Counted from the first letter of the stretch, positions 10,547 to 19,325 are shown. The stretch: 64,000 nucleotides of DNA from Pseudomonadota bacterium (GCA_039799905.1 JBDLRP010000048.1:10024-74023); one strand, 5' to 3'. Notes: generated from the sequence alone by a model not told the origin. A program made the numbers and translations.

Positions 10547-11008
10547 TCATCCCGTTTTACGCCCAGTATTTGTCTGCGCCTGTTGATAGAGGGCATTAAG
10601 CTCAGGCTGGAGCGTAGGGCTCGGAACTCCATCAGGCCGCGGGTTGTTCACTACATCCTGCCATGCCGTGTAGAGGGTCGTCAGCAGTCGTTCCACAACT
10701 TCGAGTTCTTCGACTTTGTTGTACATGTTCGCTTCAATCAGCTTATCCATGATGAACATGTAGAGATTCTCGAGATCGGAGGCAAGCTGTCCGCCTTTTT
10801 CGTGGTCGAGTGTGTTCATCAGCTCTGACACTATTGCGAGTGTTTTACTGATGTTTTTACCCTTCTCAGCGACGTTTTTTTCTTTCATTTTGAGAATGGC
10901 AAGCTTGTTGAACTTGATGGCTCCCTCGTAGAGCATCAACAAGATTTTTTCAGGCTTTGCAGTCGTCACCTGAGTCTTTTGATACGCCCGGTAAGGGTTA
11001 TTCTGCAT
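10547..11008 (-). CDS. fliS: Flagellar export chaperone FliS
   Basis: AYQKTQVTTAKPEKILLMLYEGAIKF, LMNTLD, LENLYMF; directly downstream of fliD. Confidence 0.95.
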   Translation of the reverse strand: MQNNPYRAYQKTQVTTAKPEKILLMLYEGAIKFNKLAILKMKEKNVAEKGKNISKTLAIVSELMNTLDHEKGGQLASDLENLYMFIMDKLIEANMYNKVEELEVVERLLTTLYTAWQDVVNNPRPDGVPSPTLQPELNALYQQAQTNTGRKTG

Positions 11009-11054
11009 ACTCGCTCACTCTCCCCGCATCCGCCGATTCACCACGAAGGTTGCT

Positions 11055-12419
11055 TCAACTCAGCCCCGGCATAGGCCCTGACTGCACTCCGAGACGTGCC
11101 GCGATGGCTTGTCCCTGCGAGTTCATTCCGTTTATCAGACCTTCTAGTGCGGCAAACTTCCGTTTGATTCCCTCGGCTCTCTGCGCTGCCGCGCGTTCCT
11201 TCCGAGCGATATCGTCATCGAATGTCTCTAAGGTCCGCTTGTACTCGCGTTCCTTGGAACTGATCACGCCCGTCTGCTGGTTTTGAGCATTACGAACCGT
11301 GTCACTCATTCGCATCCCGAAGCCTGCGCCCCTTTCCGTCTGAACAAAGAGCTCAGCAACACCTTGGTAATCATCGGCCAGAGCCTTCTTCACTTTAGTG
11401 GCGTCAATTTTTAGTGCACCCGTTTTCGGATCGCTGGTGATTCCAATTTCGGCGAGGTTGCGAAATTTCCCGTTACCTTGGTACTGTAGCGCGGATTGCA
11501 GATTGCGCTGCAATTGTTTCAGCGTGTTGTCTTTTGACAAGCTCCCGGCCTTATTGGAGGACGGATCGATCTGGAACTGTTTGTCGATGAAGTCTGTCAC
11601 CTTGTTGTAGGCGCCGACAAAGTTGTTGATAGATTCAACCGTTGCGTCGACATCGAAGTCAATTTTCAGTGTGATCTTTGTTCCTGGCTCTGCCCTCTTG
11701 GCATTAATAACGAGTCCCGGCAACAATCCCTCGACGGTGTTGTCATCATCAAAAACGGCGACGTCCTCAAAGAGCAATTCGAGATTGCGCCCAGACATTT
11801 GTTCCTTGAACTCAAGATAGGTGGTATCGGGATCGATGAAGACTTTTCCTGCCTTGCCAGACTTCTCTGAAATCACCAACAGCCGAAACGCATCTTGTTC
11901 CGGATTTTCAAGATTTTCTTTGGTGTTGAGAATGAGCGCCTTGCAGCCTGCATTTGCTTCGTTGATCTGCTTGGCAACGTCTTGCAGTGTAGACGCGTCA
12001 GGATCGACATCGATGTCGAAGCGGCGGCCATCATCCAGCTCAATGGTCATGTAACCGAAACCCACGGGAGTTTCGTCTTTATCAGGGAACGCTTCGGTCA
12101 GCAGTTTTTGGGTTTTTGCAAGATGGCGGACTTCCAGTTCGTAGCTGCCGGGAACCGCTAGGTTGTCGACGGTGCCCTCCACGATATCAGGATTACTGCT
12201 GTCAGCCTTCAATTTACGAAAGTCGGAAGGGTTGCGCAGGCTGTTGAGAGTCTGGCCGAGTTCACTTACCAACTGAGTGAACTCACGGAACAGCTTGCGT
12301 TCCTCTTCGAGGTCTTTTTTTCGGGTTTCAATTTTTTTGATCGGCTGGCGCTCAAGCTCGACAAGCTTGTTCACCAACTGAGGATCAATTCCCGAACCGG
12401 TGTTAACCCTGACTCCCAT
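11055..12419 (-). CDS. fliD: Flagellar filament cap protein FliD
   Basis: GSGIDPQLVNKLVELERQP, GSYELEVRHLA, FVGAYN, LAEIGI, C-terminal KRKFAALE; ATG 12419 with AGGGGAG SD. Confidence 0.93.
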   Translation of the reverse strand: MGVRVNTGSGIDPQLVNKLVELERQPIKKIETRKKDLEEERKLFREFTQLVSELGQTLNSLRNPSDFRKLKADSSNPDIVEGTVDNLAVPGSYELEVRHLAKTQKLLTEAFPDKDETPVGFGYMTIELDDGRRFDIDVDPDASTLQDVAKQINEANAGCKALILNTKENLENPEQDAFRLLVISEKSGKAGKVFIDPDTTYLEFKEQMSGRNLELLFEDVAVFDDDNTVEGLLPGLVINAKRAEPGTKITLKIDFDVDATVESINNFVGAYNKVTDFIDKQFQIDPSSNKAGSLSKDNTLKQLQRNLQSALQYQGNGKFRNLAEIGITSDPKTGALKIDATKVKKALADDYQGVAELFVQTERGAGFGMRMSDTVRNAQNQQTGVISSKEREYKRTLETFDDDIARKERAAAQRAEGIKRKFAALEGLINGMNSQGQAIAARLGVQSGPMPGLS

Positions 12420-12524
12420 GCACTCCCCTTCTTCAGGAGATATTGACAGAAGTAGAGGAAAACACGCGCGCAGGAGATGCACGGAGAGTCAAAACACAAG
12501 TAGAAAAAATCGGAAAAAAAAGCC

Positions 12525-13697
12525 TTACGCGGCAAGATTTGTTTTAATCTTTATCAGCAAATCGCCCGCACCCGGGTATTTTGGGTCGATCTCAAGGCAG
12601 CGCCTGAGCTGCGCGACAGCTTCATTCTTGGCACCCATGGCACGCAGTTCGTCTGCAACTTTGAATAGATATCCGCATTTCTGATTTGTCTCGGGAAGTA
12701 TTTCAACAGTGGCATTGATGGCATCCGCAACAAACTGAAACTGCCGCAGTAAAACGAGCGGCTTGACCAAAGCACAAGCGTATTGGGTCAGAGCATCACC
12801 GTGCATGTGGGGCATGCCCATCGACAAAGCCTCCCGCACCTCGGCGCCGTTGAGCGGCACTTTTTGCAGTTCGTCGCGCAATACCTGCAGTTGGGGAAAG
12901 AGACGCATCCCCTCCATCAAAAACTTCTTGGCCTCGGGGTACTGACCCTGCTCGATACACAAACGAGCCAAAGTGGCGAGTCGGTCAGGATTTCCACCGG
13001 CCAGCTCATTCGCTTTGCCTATCAATTTCAGGGCCAGTTCATATTGCCCGAGCTTAGCTTCAACCTCTCCGAGAATTGTCATCGCACGGACAGCATAGGG
13101 CTCAGCCTGCAAAATTCTGCGCGCAAGCTCAACTGCCATGGGATATTCGCCTCTCAGCACATAAACCCTCGCCTGAGCCGAACGAATGATCATGTCGTTG
13201 GGAAAGGCGCGATACACTTTTTCGATTTGCACCATTTCATCTTCGCTGAGGACCACTTTTCCCGAGGTTGCCAACGCAAGACCGGCTTCCTGCAGCGAGT
13301 CACGGTTTTGCATTGCCTGAACCACCAACTGTACAGCATTCCCGAGCGTCAGCGCGGCACGCTCCTGCGGCAACGCCTTCTGCATTCCGACGTCAAGCGA
13401 AAACGCGACTGCACGCATGTTGTTGGCGCGGTAAATCATGAATCTCTGTATCTGGCTGCCCAGCTCGCTGCGGCACATGTTGTGATGGAATTTCGTCGTT
13501 TCATTGCGTTCGAAGCCTTCGAGAGAATGAACAAGAATTTTCGTCTTGTTCTTTTTCAATAATGCTTCGACATCGGCAAGGCTGTCGGTGACATCTACTT
13601 CAAATTCTACACTCTTCAGTGATCGGTGATAGAGCGCACTATTCGCGTTTTTCTTGCAGACTAGCAATGCCCGACGTTCAAATTTCGCCTCAGCCAT
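12525..13697 (-). CDS. TPR-repeat protein with N-terminal pseudo-receiver-like domain
   Basis: TPR helices (GEYPMAVELARRIL, GQYELAL, GQYPEAKKFL); N-terminal alpha/beta region lacking the usual acidic pocket; ATG 13697 with GGGGGA SD. Confidence 0.7.
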   Translation of the reverse strand: MAEAKFERRALLVCKKNANSALYHRSLKSVEFEVDVTDSLADVEALLKKNKTKILVHSLEGFERNETTKFHHNMCRSELGSQIQRFMIYRANNMRAVAFSLDVGMQKALPQERAALTLGNAVQLVVQAMQNRDSLQEAGLALATSGKVVLSEDEMVQIEKVYRAFPNDMIIRSAQARVYVLRGEYPMAVELARRILQAEPYAVRAMTILGEVEAKLGQYELALKLIGKANELAGGNPDRLATLARLCIEQGQYPEAKKFLMEGMRLFPQLQVLRDELQKVPLNGAEVREALSMGMPHMHGDALTQYACALVKPLVLLRQFQFVADAINATVEILPETNQKCGYLFKVADELRAMGAKNEAVAQLRRCLEIDPKYPGAGDLLIKIKTNLAA

Positions 13698-13734
13698 AAT
13701 TCCCCCGCAGCTCTCCCGCGCCGCCCTCGGGTCT

Positions 13735-13761
13735 TTTTCGGCAGCGACCGAAGGAACTTGA
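13735..13761 (-). promoter_or_regulatory. Sigma-28-like promoter upstream of TPR gene-fliD-fliS
   Basis: TCAAG-N14-GCCGAAAA. Confidence 0.55.
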
Positions 13762-13767
13762 GGGTGG

Positions 13768-14787
13768 TCAGACGGACAGCAATGCGGCGCCCAAACCACC
13801 TGCGGAATCGCCCAGTTGGTGCTTGTAGACCGGAACCAGACTGTCGGGCAAAAAGGTGTGCCGGGAAAGGATTTCAGACAAGCCCTGGTAAATTGCCGGT
13901 TGCAGGCTGATGCCGCCGCCGAGCACAAAATAATGCGGGTCAAAAACTGAGGTCAGACTGCCGAGGAATCGGCCCAAATCCGACCGGTAACGTGCAACTA
14001 CGGCCATTGCAGCCGGATCCGAGGCATCTGCTTTTTCAAAAATCTCACGCGCGCTCAGAGGCGCAGAGCCGAGCTGGCTATAGTGGCGCGTGGCCATGAG
14101 TGATTCCAACCCCGGGCCCGACAGATACTGCTCTGCACAGCCGGATTGACCGCAATAACACTGGTGACCGTCGCGGTAGAGTATTGTGTGTCCGAGCTCA
14201 CCGCCGCCGCCGCGGGCGCCCTGTAGTGTACGGCCGTTGATCACGATTCCGCCACCGCAACCGGTTCCGAGGATAATTCCCACAGCAGTCTGCGAATGCA
14301 CGCTGATCCCTGTTTTCTTTTCGTGGAAGAGACCTGCGCCACACAGTGCCTCCGCAAGAGCAAAACAATTGGCGTCATTTTCGGCGCGCAAAACCACTGA
14401 CTCGGGAAGAGCGGCTTTTTTGCGGACATCGCCGATCAGATCCTGATTCACCAAAACCATTGTGTTGCCATTGAGCATTCGTGATGTGCGCGGATCGATT
14501 GAGCCCGGCAGACCAAAGCCGATTCCCGACAACTGTTGCGCAGCCACTCCGGCTGCAGCACAAGTCGCGTCAATCAGGCGGGCCATCTTTTCGACGATCG
14601 ACTGATAACCTTTGTGCCGCTCCGTCGGTTCACGCAGGCGCGCAAGAACCTGACCATGCAACAAACCCTGCTGGGGATGTGCACAGGCAAAAACCTCACG
14701 TCCCTCGGCCGATTGAGCATCTTTGGAAAGGCGAAAAAGAGTCGCTTCTATCTTTGTTCCGCCAACGTCAAATCCCATCAAAAACAT
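13768..14787 (-). CDS. ROK family sugar kinase
   Basis: GFDVGGTK, ENDANCFALAE, GTGCGGG, GELGH, CYCGQSGCAE; no HTH domain. Confidence 0.9.
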   Translation of the reverse strand: MFLMGFDVGGTKIEATLFRLSKDAQSAEGREVFACAHPQQGLLHGQVLARLREPTERHKGYQSIVEKMARLIDATCAAAGVAAQQLSGIGFGLPGSIDPRTSRMLNGNTMVLVNQDLIGDVRKKAALPESVVLRAENDANCFALAEALCGAGLFHEKKTGISVHSQTAVGIILGTGCGGGIVINGRTLQGARGGGGELGHTILYRDGHQCYCGQSGCAEQYLSGPGLESLMATRHYSQLGSAPLSAREIFEKADASDPAAMAVVARYRSDLGRFLGSLTSVFDPHYFVLGGGISLQPAIYQGLSEILSRHTFLPDSLVPVYKHQLGDSAGGLGAALLSV

Positions 14788-14799
14788 ATCGTCTATTCC

Positions 14800-15471
14800 T
14801 TAATCCAATGAATCATTCAATGCGCTCAGATTTTCGAGCCACGCCATCACTGTGCGCACATCAGCCTGCGCGATGAGCCCCATCGACTGCGCAACGGTGA
14901 GAATTTTGTGAGTCTCGAAAAGAGGCTTGAAGGGAATCATCAGATGATCAAATTTTCTGTGAGACGAGGGAATGCCATGTGTGGTGACACTCGATGCCAG
15001 CACGATGTTTGTTTGAAGCTGGCGGAGCACCTCAACTGATTTCAAAAGGCTTTGTCCGGTTGTCAGCATATCGTCGACAACAAGGTGGGGTTTTGAGGGA
15101 GTGAATTCTCCTTCCACCATCTGCTGCAATCCATGCCCCTTGGGCTTTTGCCGGACGTAGACAAAATCCGAATCCCACAAATTCGCCAGACACATGGCGG
15201 GTGCGAGACCTGCGGTGGCAGTGCCGACACAGACAACATCACGCGGCCGCAGGCCCAACGCATTCAATTCGCGCTCAAGCACAGCCGCCCAAGCGGCAAC
15301 GAGAGCCTTGCGCAACGCCGGCGCCGTGAACGCACGACGGTGATCGAGATAAATCGGAGCCTTTGCCCCACTCGACAAAACAAACGGTGAGGTCGAATCC
15401 ACCTTGATGACACCATGCGCAAAAAATAAATCGACTATCGTGGATTCTCTGGCATCTGCACTGCCTGTCAT
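14800..15471 (-). CDS. pyrE: Orotate phosphoribosyltransferase
   Basis: FVLSSG..PIYLDHR, YVRQKPKGHG, PRPP motif VVDDMLTTGQS. Confidence 0.9.
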   Translation of the reverse strand: MTGSADARESTIVDLFFAHGVIKVDSTSPFVLSSGAKAPIYLDHRRAFTAPALRKALVAAWAAVLERELNALGLRPRDVVCVGTATAGLAPAMCLANLWDSDFVYVRQKPKGHGLQQMVEGEFTPSKPHLVVDDMLTTGQSLLKSVEVLRQLQTNIVLASSVTTHGIPSSHRKFDHLMIPFKPLFETHKILTVAQSMGLIAQADVRTVMAWLENLSALNDSLD

Positions 15472-16637
15472 AGTGAATTCCTGTTCTCAAATTTAACGTT
15501 CAGCACACGGGCGCATTCTGCCGCGAACTGCAAATTCCACATCGCACCGGTGGCAGCATGTACCACATCGACACCCGCATCGAGAAATCTTTGTACATCC
15601 TGAGCTGATGAAATCCCGCCGACGCCAATCAATGCAAAGTTGTCGGGCAGAAGTCCCAAGGACTGCCTGGCACTTTGCAATTGCGTGAGCAAGCGGAGTG
15701 ACTGCTCGCGAATGGCGCTTCCGCAGACTCCCCCATGTTCGGCTCCCGAACCCAAAGCACGGCTGCCGTCAGGTGTGACGATCGTCGCGCTGACGGTGTT
15801 GATGGCGCTCACTCCATGGGCATAGCGTGCAACGAGTTCTACTGTTTTAAGAATGTTGCCTTCGGGAACCACGCCCAACTTGATAATCAGACGAATGTCA
15901 GGAAAACCGCTGAGCCCTTCTGCGGCCGCGCGCAAGGTTTCTGCAAGGGCGTTAATATCTGTGTAAATCGGAGCACCTGATTCATTGGGACAGCTGACGT
16001 TCATTTCAAGGATCCGTCCGCCCTTCAGGTTGACACATTGTGCCGCCATTTGTGCGGTGCGGGATGTGTCATCGAGAAAGTCATGCCAGTGGGAGCCGGA
16101 CTCGCGGGTGCCCTGAAAACTCAGCACAGTGCAACGACCGCGCGCATATGCAAGCTCGTTCAGATGAGAATAATCATCGCCCCACTCCTTTGCCGACAAA
16201 CTCGGTACGCCGAAAGCGTTGGTGATGCTCAGGCGATCGCGCAGGTACGGATCGCGGAGGTCCTGCTGAGAGAGCGGCAACACCCGAACCTTTGGCCGCG
16301 GCTGCTGGCTGCCCTCTGTGCTGCTCAGTTGGCAATTCTCCTGTTCGCCGGCGGTCTCGAGGCGAAGGACGTTGGGCCACGGATGACTCTGCCATTTCCT
16401 GCTGCGCACTGTTTTGTAGACCGGCATGCAAAAACCGGCATTGAGTGCAACGTTCACGTAGGCAGAAGACAGCAGCGGGCCCGCGGGAATCCCGAGCGGG
16501 AGATAGAGCGGCAGACCGAGAAGCGAAAACCGCGGCTCACCGCTGAATTGACCACACGGAAAGACTCCGTCGCGATTCCACTCAACCGCGGGCCCGTTGC
16601 GGAGATTTTCGTCGTAGCTGAGCTGCGGATTGTACAT
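15468..16637 (-). CDS. pyrD: Class 1-like dihydroorotate dehydrogenase (divergent)
   Basis: PAGP, KT, TNAFG, EMNVSCPN (active-site Cys), KL, INT, GGVCG, IGVGGI; overlaps pyrE (ATGA). Confidence 0.75.
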   Translation of the reverse strand: MYNPQLSYDENLRNGPAVEWNRDGVFPCGQFSGEPRFSLLGLPLYLPLGIPAGPLLSSAYVNVALNAGFCMPVYKTVRSRKWQSHPWPNVLRLETAGEQENCQLSSTEGSQQPRPKVRVLPLSQQDLRDPYLRDRLSITNAFGVPSLSAKEWGDDYSHLNELAYARGRCTVLSFQGTRESGSHWHDFLDDTSRTAQMAAQCVNLKGGRILEMNVSCPNESGAPIYTDINALAETLRAAAEGLSGFPDIRLIIKLGVVPEGNILKTVELVARYAHGVSAINTVSATIVTPDGSRALGSGAEHGGVCGSAIREQSLRLLTQLQSARQSLGLLPDNFALIGVGGISSAQDVQRFLDAGVDVVHAATGAMWNLQFAAECARVLNVKFENRNSL

Positions 16638-17635
16638 CAGGCCAGTCCCAATACTCTGCGTCCGTTGTCGGTGGCAATCCGGATGAGTTCCTGTGAGTCG
16701 TAAAAGTGTGTCGCCTCAAGGAGCATTCTCAACTCGACCATCAGATCGCCGTCGGCGAATGGTTTGTAAATGTCGGCAATGTTGTCCGAGCCAATGGCAA
16801 CACACAACCCTGCGGGAATCATTTCGTCAATCGGCGTGATTGCGTTGTGGGTCGGTGTGAGAACCTCGTTGCGGCGTGCATCGAGCCATGCGCCCGGGCA
16901 GGCAACGAAACTCAGACCCGCATCGCGACAAAGTTTGTAGAGTTCCTGACGGTACGCCTTCGGCTGACAGCCGATACTGATTCCATGAACGGCCGTCACC
17001 TGACCTTCGACGCCGTGTCGAATGACAGCCCGTGCGAGCTGTTCTGTCTCGCGTTCCGAAGGGTCGTTGTTTTGATCGACGTGAACATGAACGCGCTTGC
17101 CGGTGCTTTTGGCTGCGCTTAAAAGTACATCCAAATGCTCGGCCTCGCGCCCTCGATCGGCACCCGGCAAGCCGCCAATCACGTCGACCTTTTCCAGGGC
17201 AGTCTCAAAATAGGAACGCGCCTCAGGGGCCAAGACACCTTTGAGTGTCTGGCACGCAAGCAGCAATTTCATTTGAAGCTTTTGTGCGGCGTAATCCTTC
17301 GCGCGTTCGGCGGCCTGCAAAGCGCGCGTTCCTGCAACGGGGTCGCAATCGACAAAAGTCAGGGCCAGGCGAACACCGAACTCATGCTGCGCACGCAGTG
17401 CCGATGTGATGTGCGCAAAGTATTCATCCTCACTCGTGACACGCTTCCAAGCATCAACCAACTGCCACTTTTCGTGCAACGTGCGCTCGACAGTGGCCGA
17501 CTGTTGGCCGGAATCCGGTAGGTCCGCTGGCGTCACCGAATAAGCACGATCAAAGTGCGCGTGCGCATTGACGAATCCGCCTGCAGAAATAATTTTCTGA
17601 CGCAACTGCGCCACGGGCATCCAGTACATCGTCAT
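16637..17635 (-). CDS. Cytosine-deaminase-like metal-dependent amidohydrolase with HxxQ instead of HxxE
   Basis: FVNAHAHFDR (HxH), HVHVDQ, TAVHG, GSDNIAD; short (332 aa), starting almost directly at the barrel. Confidence 0.85.
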   Translation of the reverse strand: MTMYWMPVAQLRQKIISAGGFVNAHAHFDRAYSVTPADLPDSGQQSATVERTLHEKWQLVDAWKRVTSEDEYFAHITSALRAQHEFGVRLALTFVDCDPVAGTRALQAAERAKDYAAQKLQMKLLLACQTLKGVLAPEARSYFETALEKVDVIGGLPGADRGREAEHLDVLLSAAKSTGKRVHVHVDQNNDPSERETEQLARAVIRHGVEGQVTAVHGISIGCQPKAYRQELYKLCRDAGLSFVACPGAWLDARRNEVLTPTHNAITPIDEMIPAGLCVAIGSDNIADIYKPFADGDLMVELRMLLEATHFYDSQELIRIATDNGRRVLGLA

Positions 17636-19293
17636 ACTCCGTTCATCAGTGCAGGTTTTTGCTGCTCCGTGCGCGCTGCTGATGGCTTGCGAACCTGAGT
17701 TTTGAGCCGCTCGCAGATATTGCTGAGCACATCATATTCACTGACCAGCTGCACACCGTTGATGACGCTCCACTTACGAATCTCGGTTCCGTCGCGGACT
17801 TCGACATTGTTGTTTTCGGGACTCATCACATTCACGATGAGGTCGAAACGATTCTGTTTGAGCAAATCAATTAAGTTGGGTTTCTTGCTTGCATCCGAAA
17901 CCTTGTAAACACAAACCGCAGAGACACCCGCCTGCTGCAAAACCGCATGGGTTCCTTCGGTTGCAAACAGCACAAAACCACTCTCGGCTAGCTTGGCCAC
18001 CAACGGCAGGAAGCGCTGCTTCTGTTCGACACTTCCAATCGAAATGAGCGCGTACCGCTCGGTCTCGCGTGCCATGCGCATCTGCATTGTATAGATTTCT
18101 GTGAACGCGGCCGACGCATTTTGGTTGAACGCATTGCTCTTCATGAAGGTTGCAAGCTTCTCGTCAAACAAGCTGTTGGGAGTTTCAACCGCCACAGCCT
18201 CGGCGCGGCCCTTGAACAGGCGAACGGTGACTGTACCGGTCACTTTTTCATTCACGGCGTCGATGTACATGTTGAGGTTGTGCATCAGCGGCTCATACCA
18301 CTGCGCTCCGTAGCAGAGGTATCCCCACTTTTGATCCACCAGCGTTTTGAATTCATTTTCCTGACGCGTGCAGACGTATTTTTCGAGTGTCTCGTGCGCT
18401 CGGACAATAACGCTGGCAGCGGGAGCTTCGTAGATTCCGCGCACTTTCAGGCCGACAACACGGTCTTCGATATGATGGGTGACACCAACGCCGTGACGCG
18501 CGCCGAGTTCGTTGAGCTGCGCAATCAGCGGCACGAGTCCCATGTCCTGACCATTGAGCTGGACGGGCAGACCTTTCAGGAAGCCAATCGTGACTGTGGA
18601 AGCTTCATTCGGCGTGTCCTCGATTGGCTTGCAAATCTGCAAAATATTTTGCAGCGGAGGAACCAATGCGGGATTTTCGATTTCTCCGCCCTCGGCGGAA
18701 ATTCCCCACATGTTGTCGTCGTAGCTGTATGGCGAATCCGCAGTCTGCTTGACAGGAATATTGTGCTTGCGTGCGTATTCGAGTTCTTCGTCGCGGCCCA
18801 TGCCCCACTCACGCACAGGTGCGATGATTTTCATTTCTGGCGCAAGCGTCAGGATACTTCCCTCAAGGCGCACCTGATCGTTGCCTTTGCCGGTGCAGCC
18901 GTGAGCAATACAGTCACAGCCTTCAGCACGCGCGACATCGACGGCAAGCTTTGCGAGAAGTGGACGTCCGAGCGGCGTGGCAAGATGATAATCACCCTGA
19001 TAACGCGCGTTGGCCTTGATCCCTTTTGCGAGATATTCGTATGCAAATGTATTTTTCGCGTCGACAACAACTGCCTTCACAGCACCAAGGCGAAGAGCCT
19101 TTTGGCGAATTTCCTCGAGATTATCCGCCTGCTGGCCGATGTCGATTGTTAGTGCGATGACCTCGGCCTGATACTCATCCTGAATCCATTTGAGCATCAC
19201 GCTCGTATCCAATCCACCCGAATACAACAGGACCACTTTACGGATTTCGCCCTTGCGGCCTTCGTAAGAGGAAACTTTCATGTAATTGTTCAT
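17632..19293 (-). CDS. argG: Argininosuccinate synthase fused to a C-terminal CarB-type MGS domain
   Basis: YSGGLDTS, HGCTGKGNDQVR, YSYDDN..GISAEGG, EDRVVGLKVRGIYEAP; from about residue 414: ALISI...FATEGT...PNLIDLL...DLIVN...DGTEIRK; ATG 19293 with GGAGGT SD. Confidence 0.92.
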   Translation of the reverse strand: MNNYMKVSSYEGRKGEIRKVVLLYSGGLDTSVMLKWIQDEYQAEVIALTIDIGQQADNLEEIRQKALRLGAVKAVVVDAKNTFAYEYLAKGIKANARYQGDYHLATPLGRPLLAKLAVDVARAEGCDCIAHGCTGKGNDQVRLEGSILTLAPEMKIIAPVREWGMGRDEELEYARKHNIPVKQTADSPYSYDDNMWGISAEGGEIENPALVPPLQNILQICKPIEDTPNEASTVTIGFLKGLPVQLNGQDMGLVPLIAQLNELGARHGVGVTHHIEDRVVGLKVRGIYEAPAASVIVRAHETLEKYVCTRQENEFKTLVDQKWGYLCYGAQWYEPLMHNLNMYIDAVNEKVTGTVTVRLFKGRAEAVAVETPNSLFDEKLATFMKSNAFNQNASAAFTEIYTMQMRMARETERYALISIGSVEQKQRFLPLVAKLAESGFVLFATEGTHAVLQQAGVSAVCVYKVSDASKKPNLIDLLKQNRFDLIVNVMSPENNNVEVRDGTEIRKWSVINGVQLVSEYDVLSNICERLKTQVRKPSAARTEQQKPALMNGV

Positions 19294-19325
19294 CGCTGCC
19301 AACCTCCGGATTGAAGAAACAAGCC

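Noticed and set aside
13698..13943. N-terminal extension of the TPR ORF
   Set aside because: Overlaps the ROK gene; SD and promoter support a start at 13697
18121..19152. 343-aa plus-strand ORF
   Set aside because: Antisense shadow of argG
17632..19293. argG as part of an ordinary arginine operon
   Set aside because: No argH or other arg gene nearby, and it is coupled to pyr genes; a dual role in arginine synthesis cannot be excluded from this window
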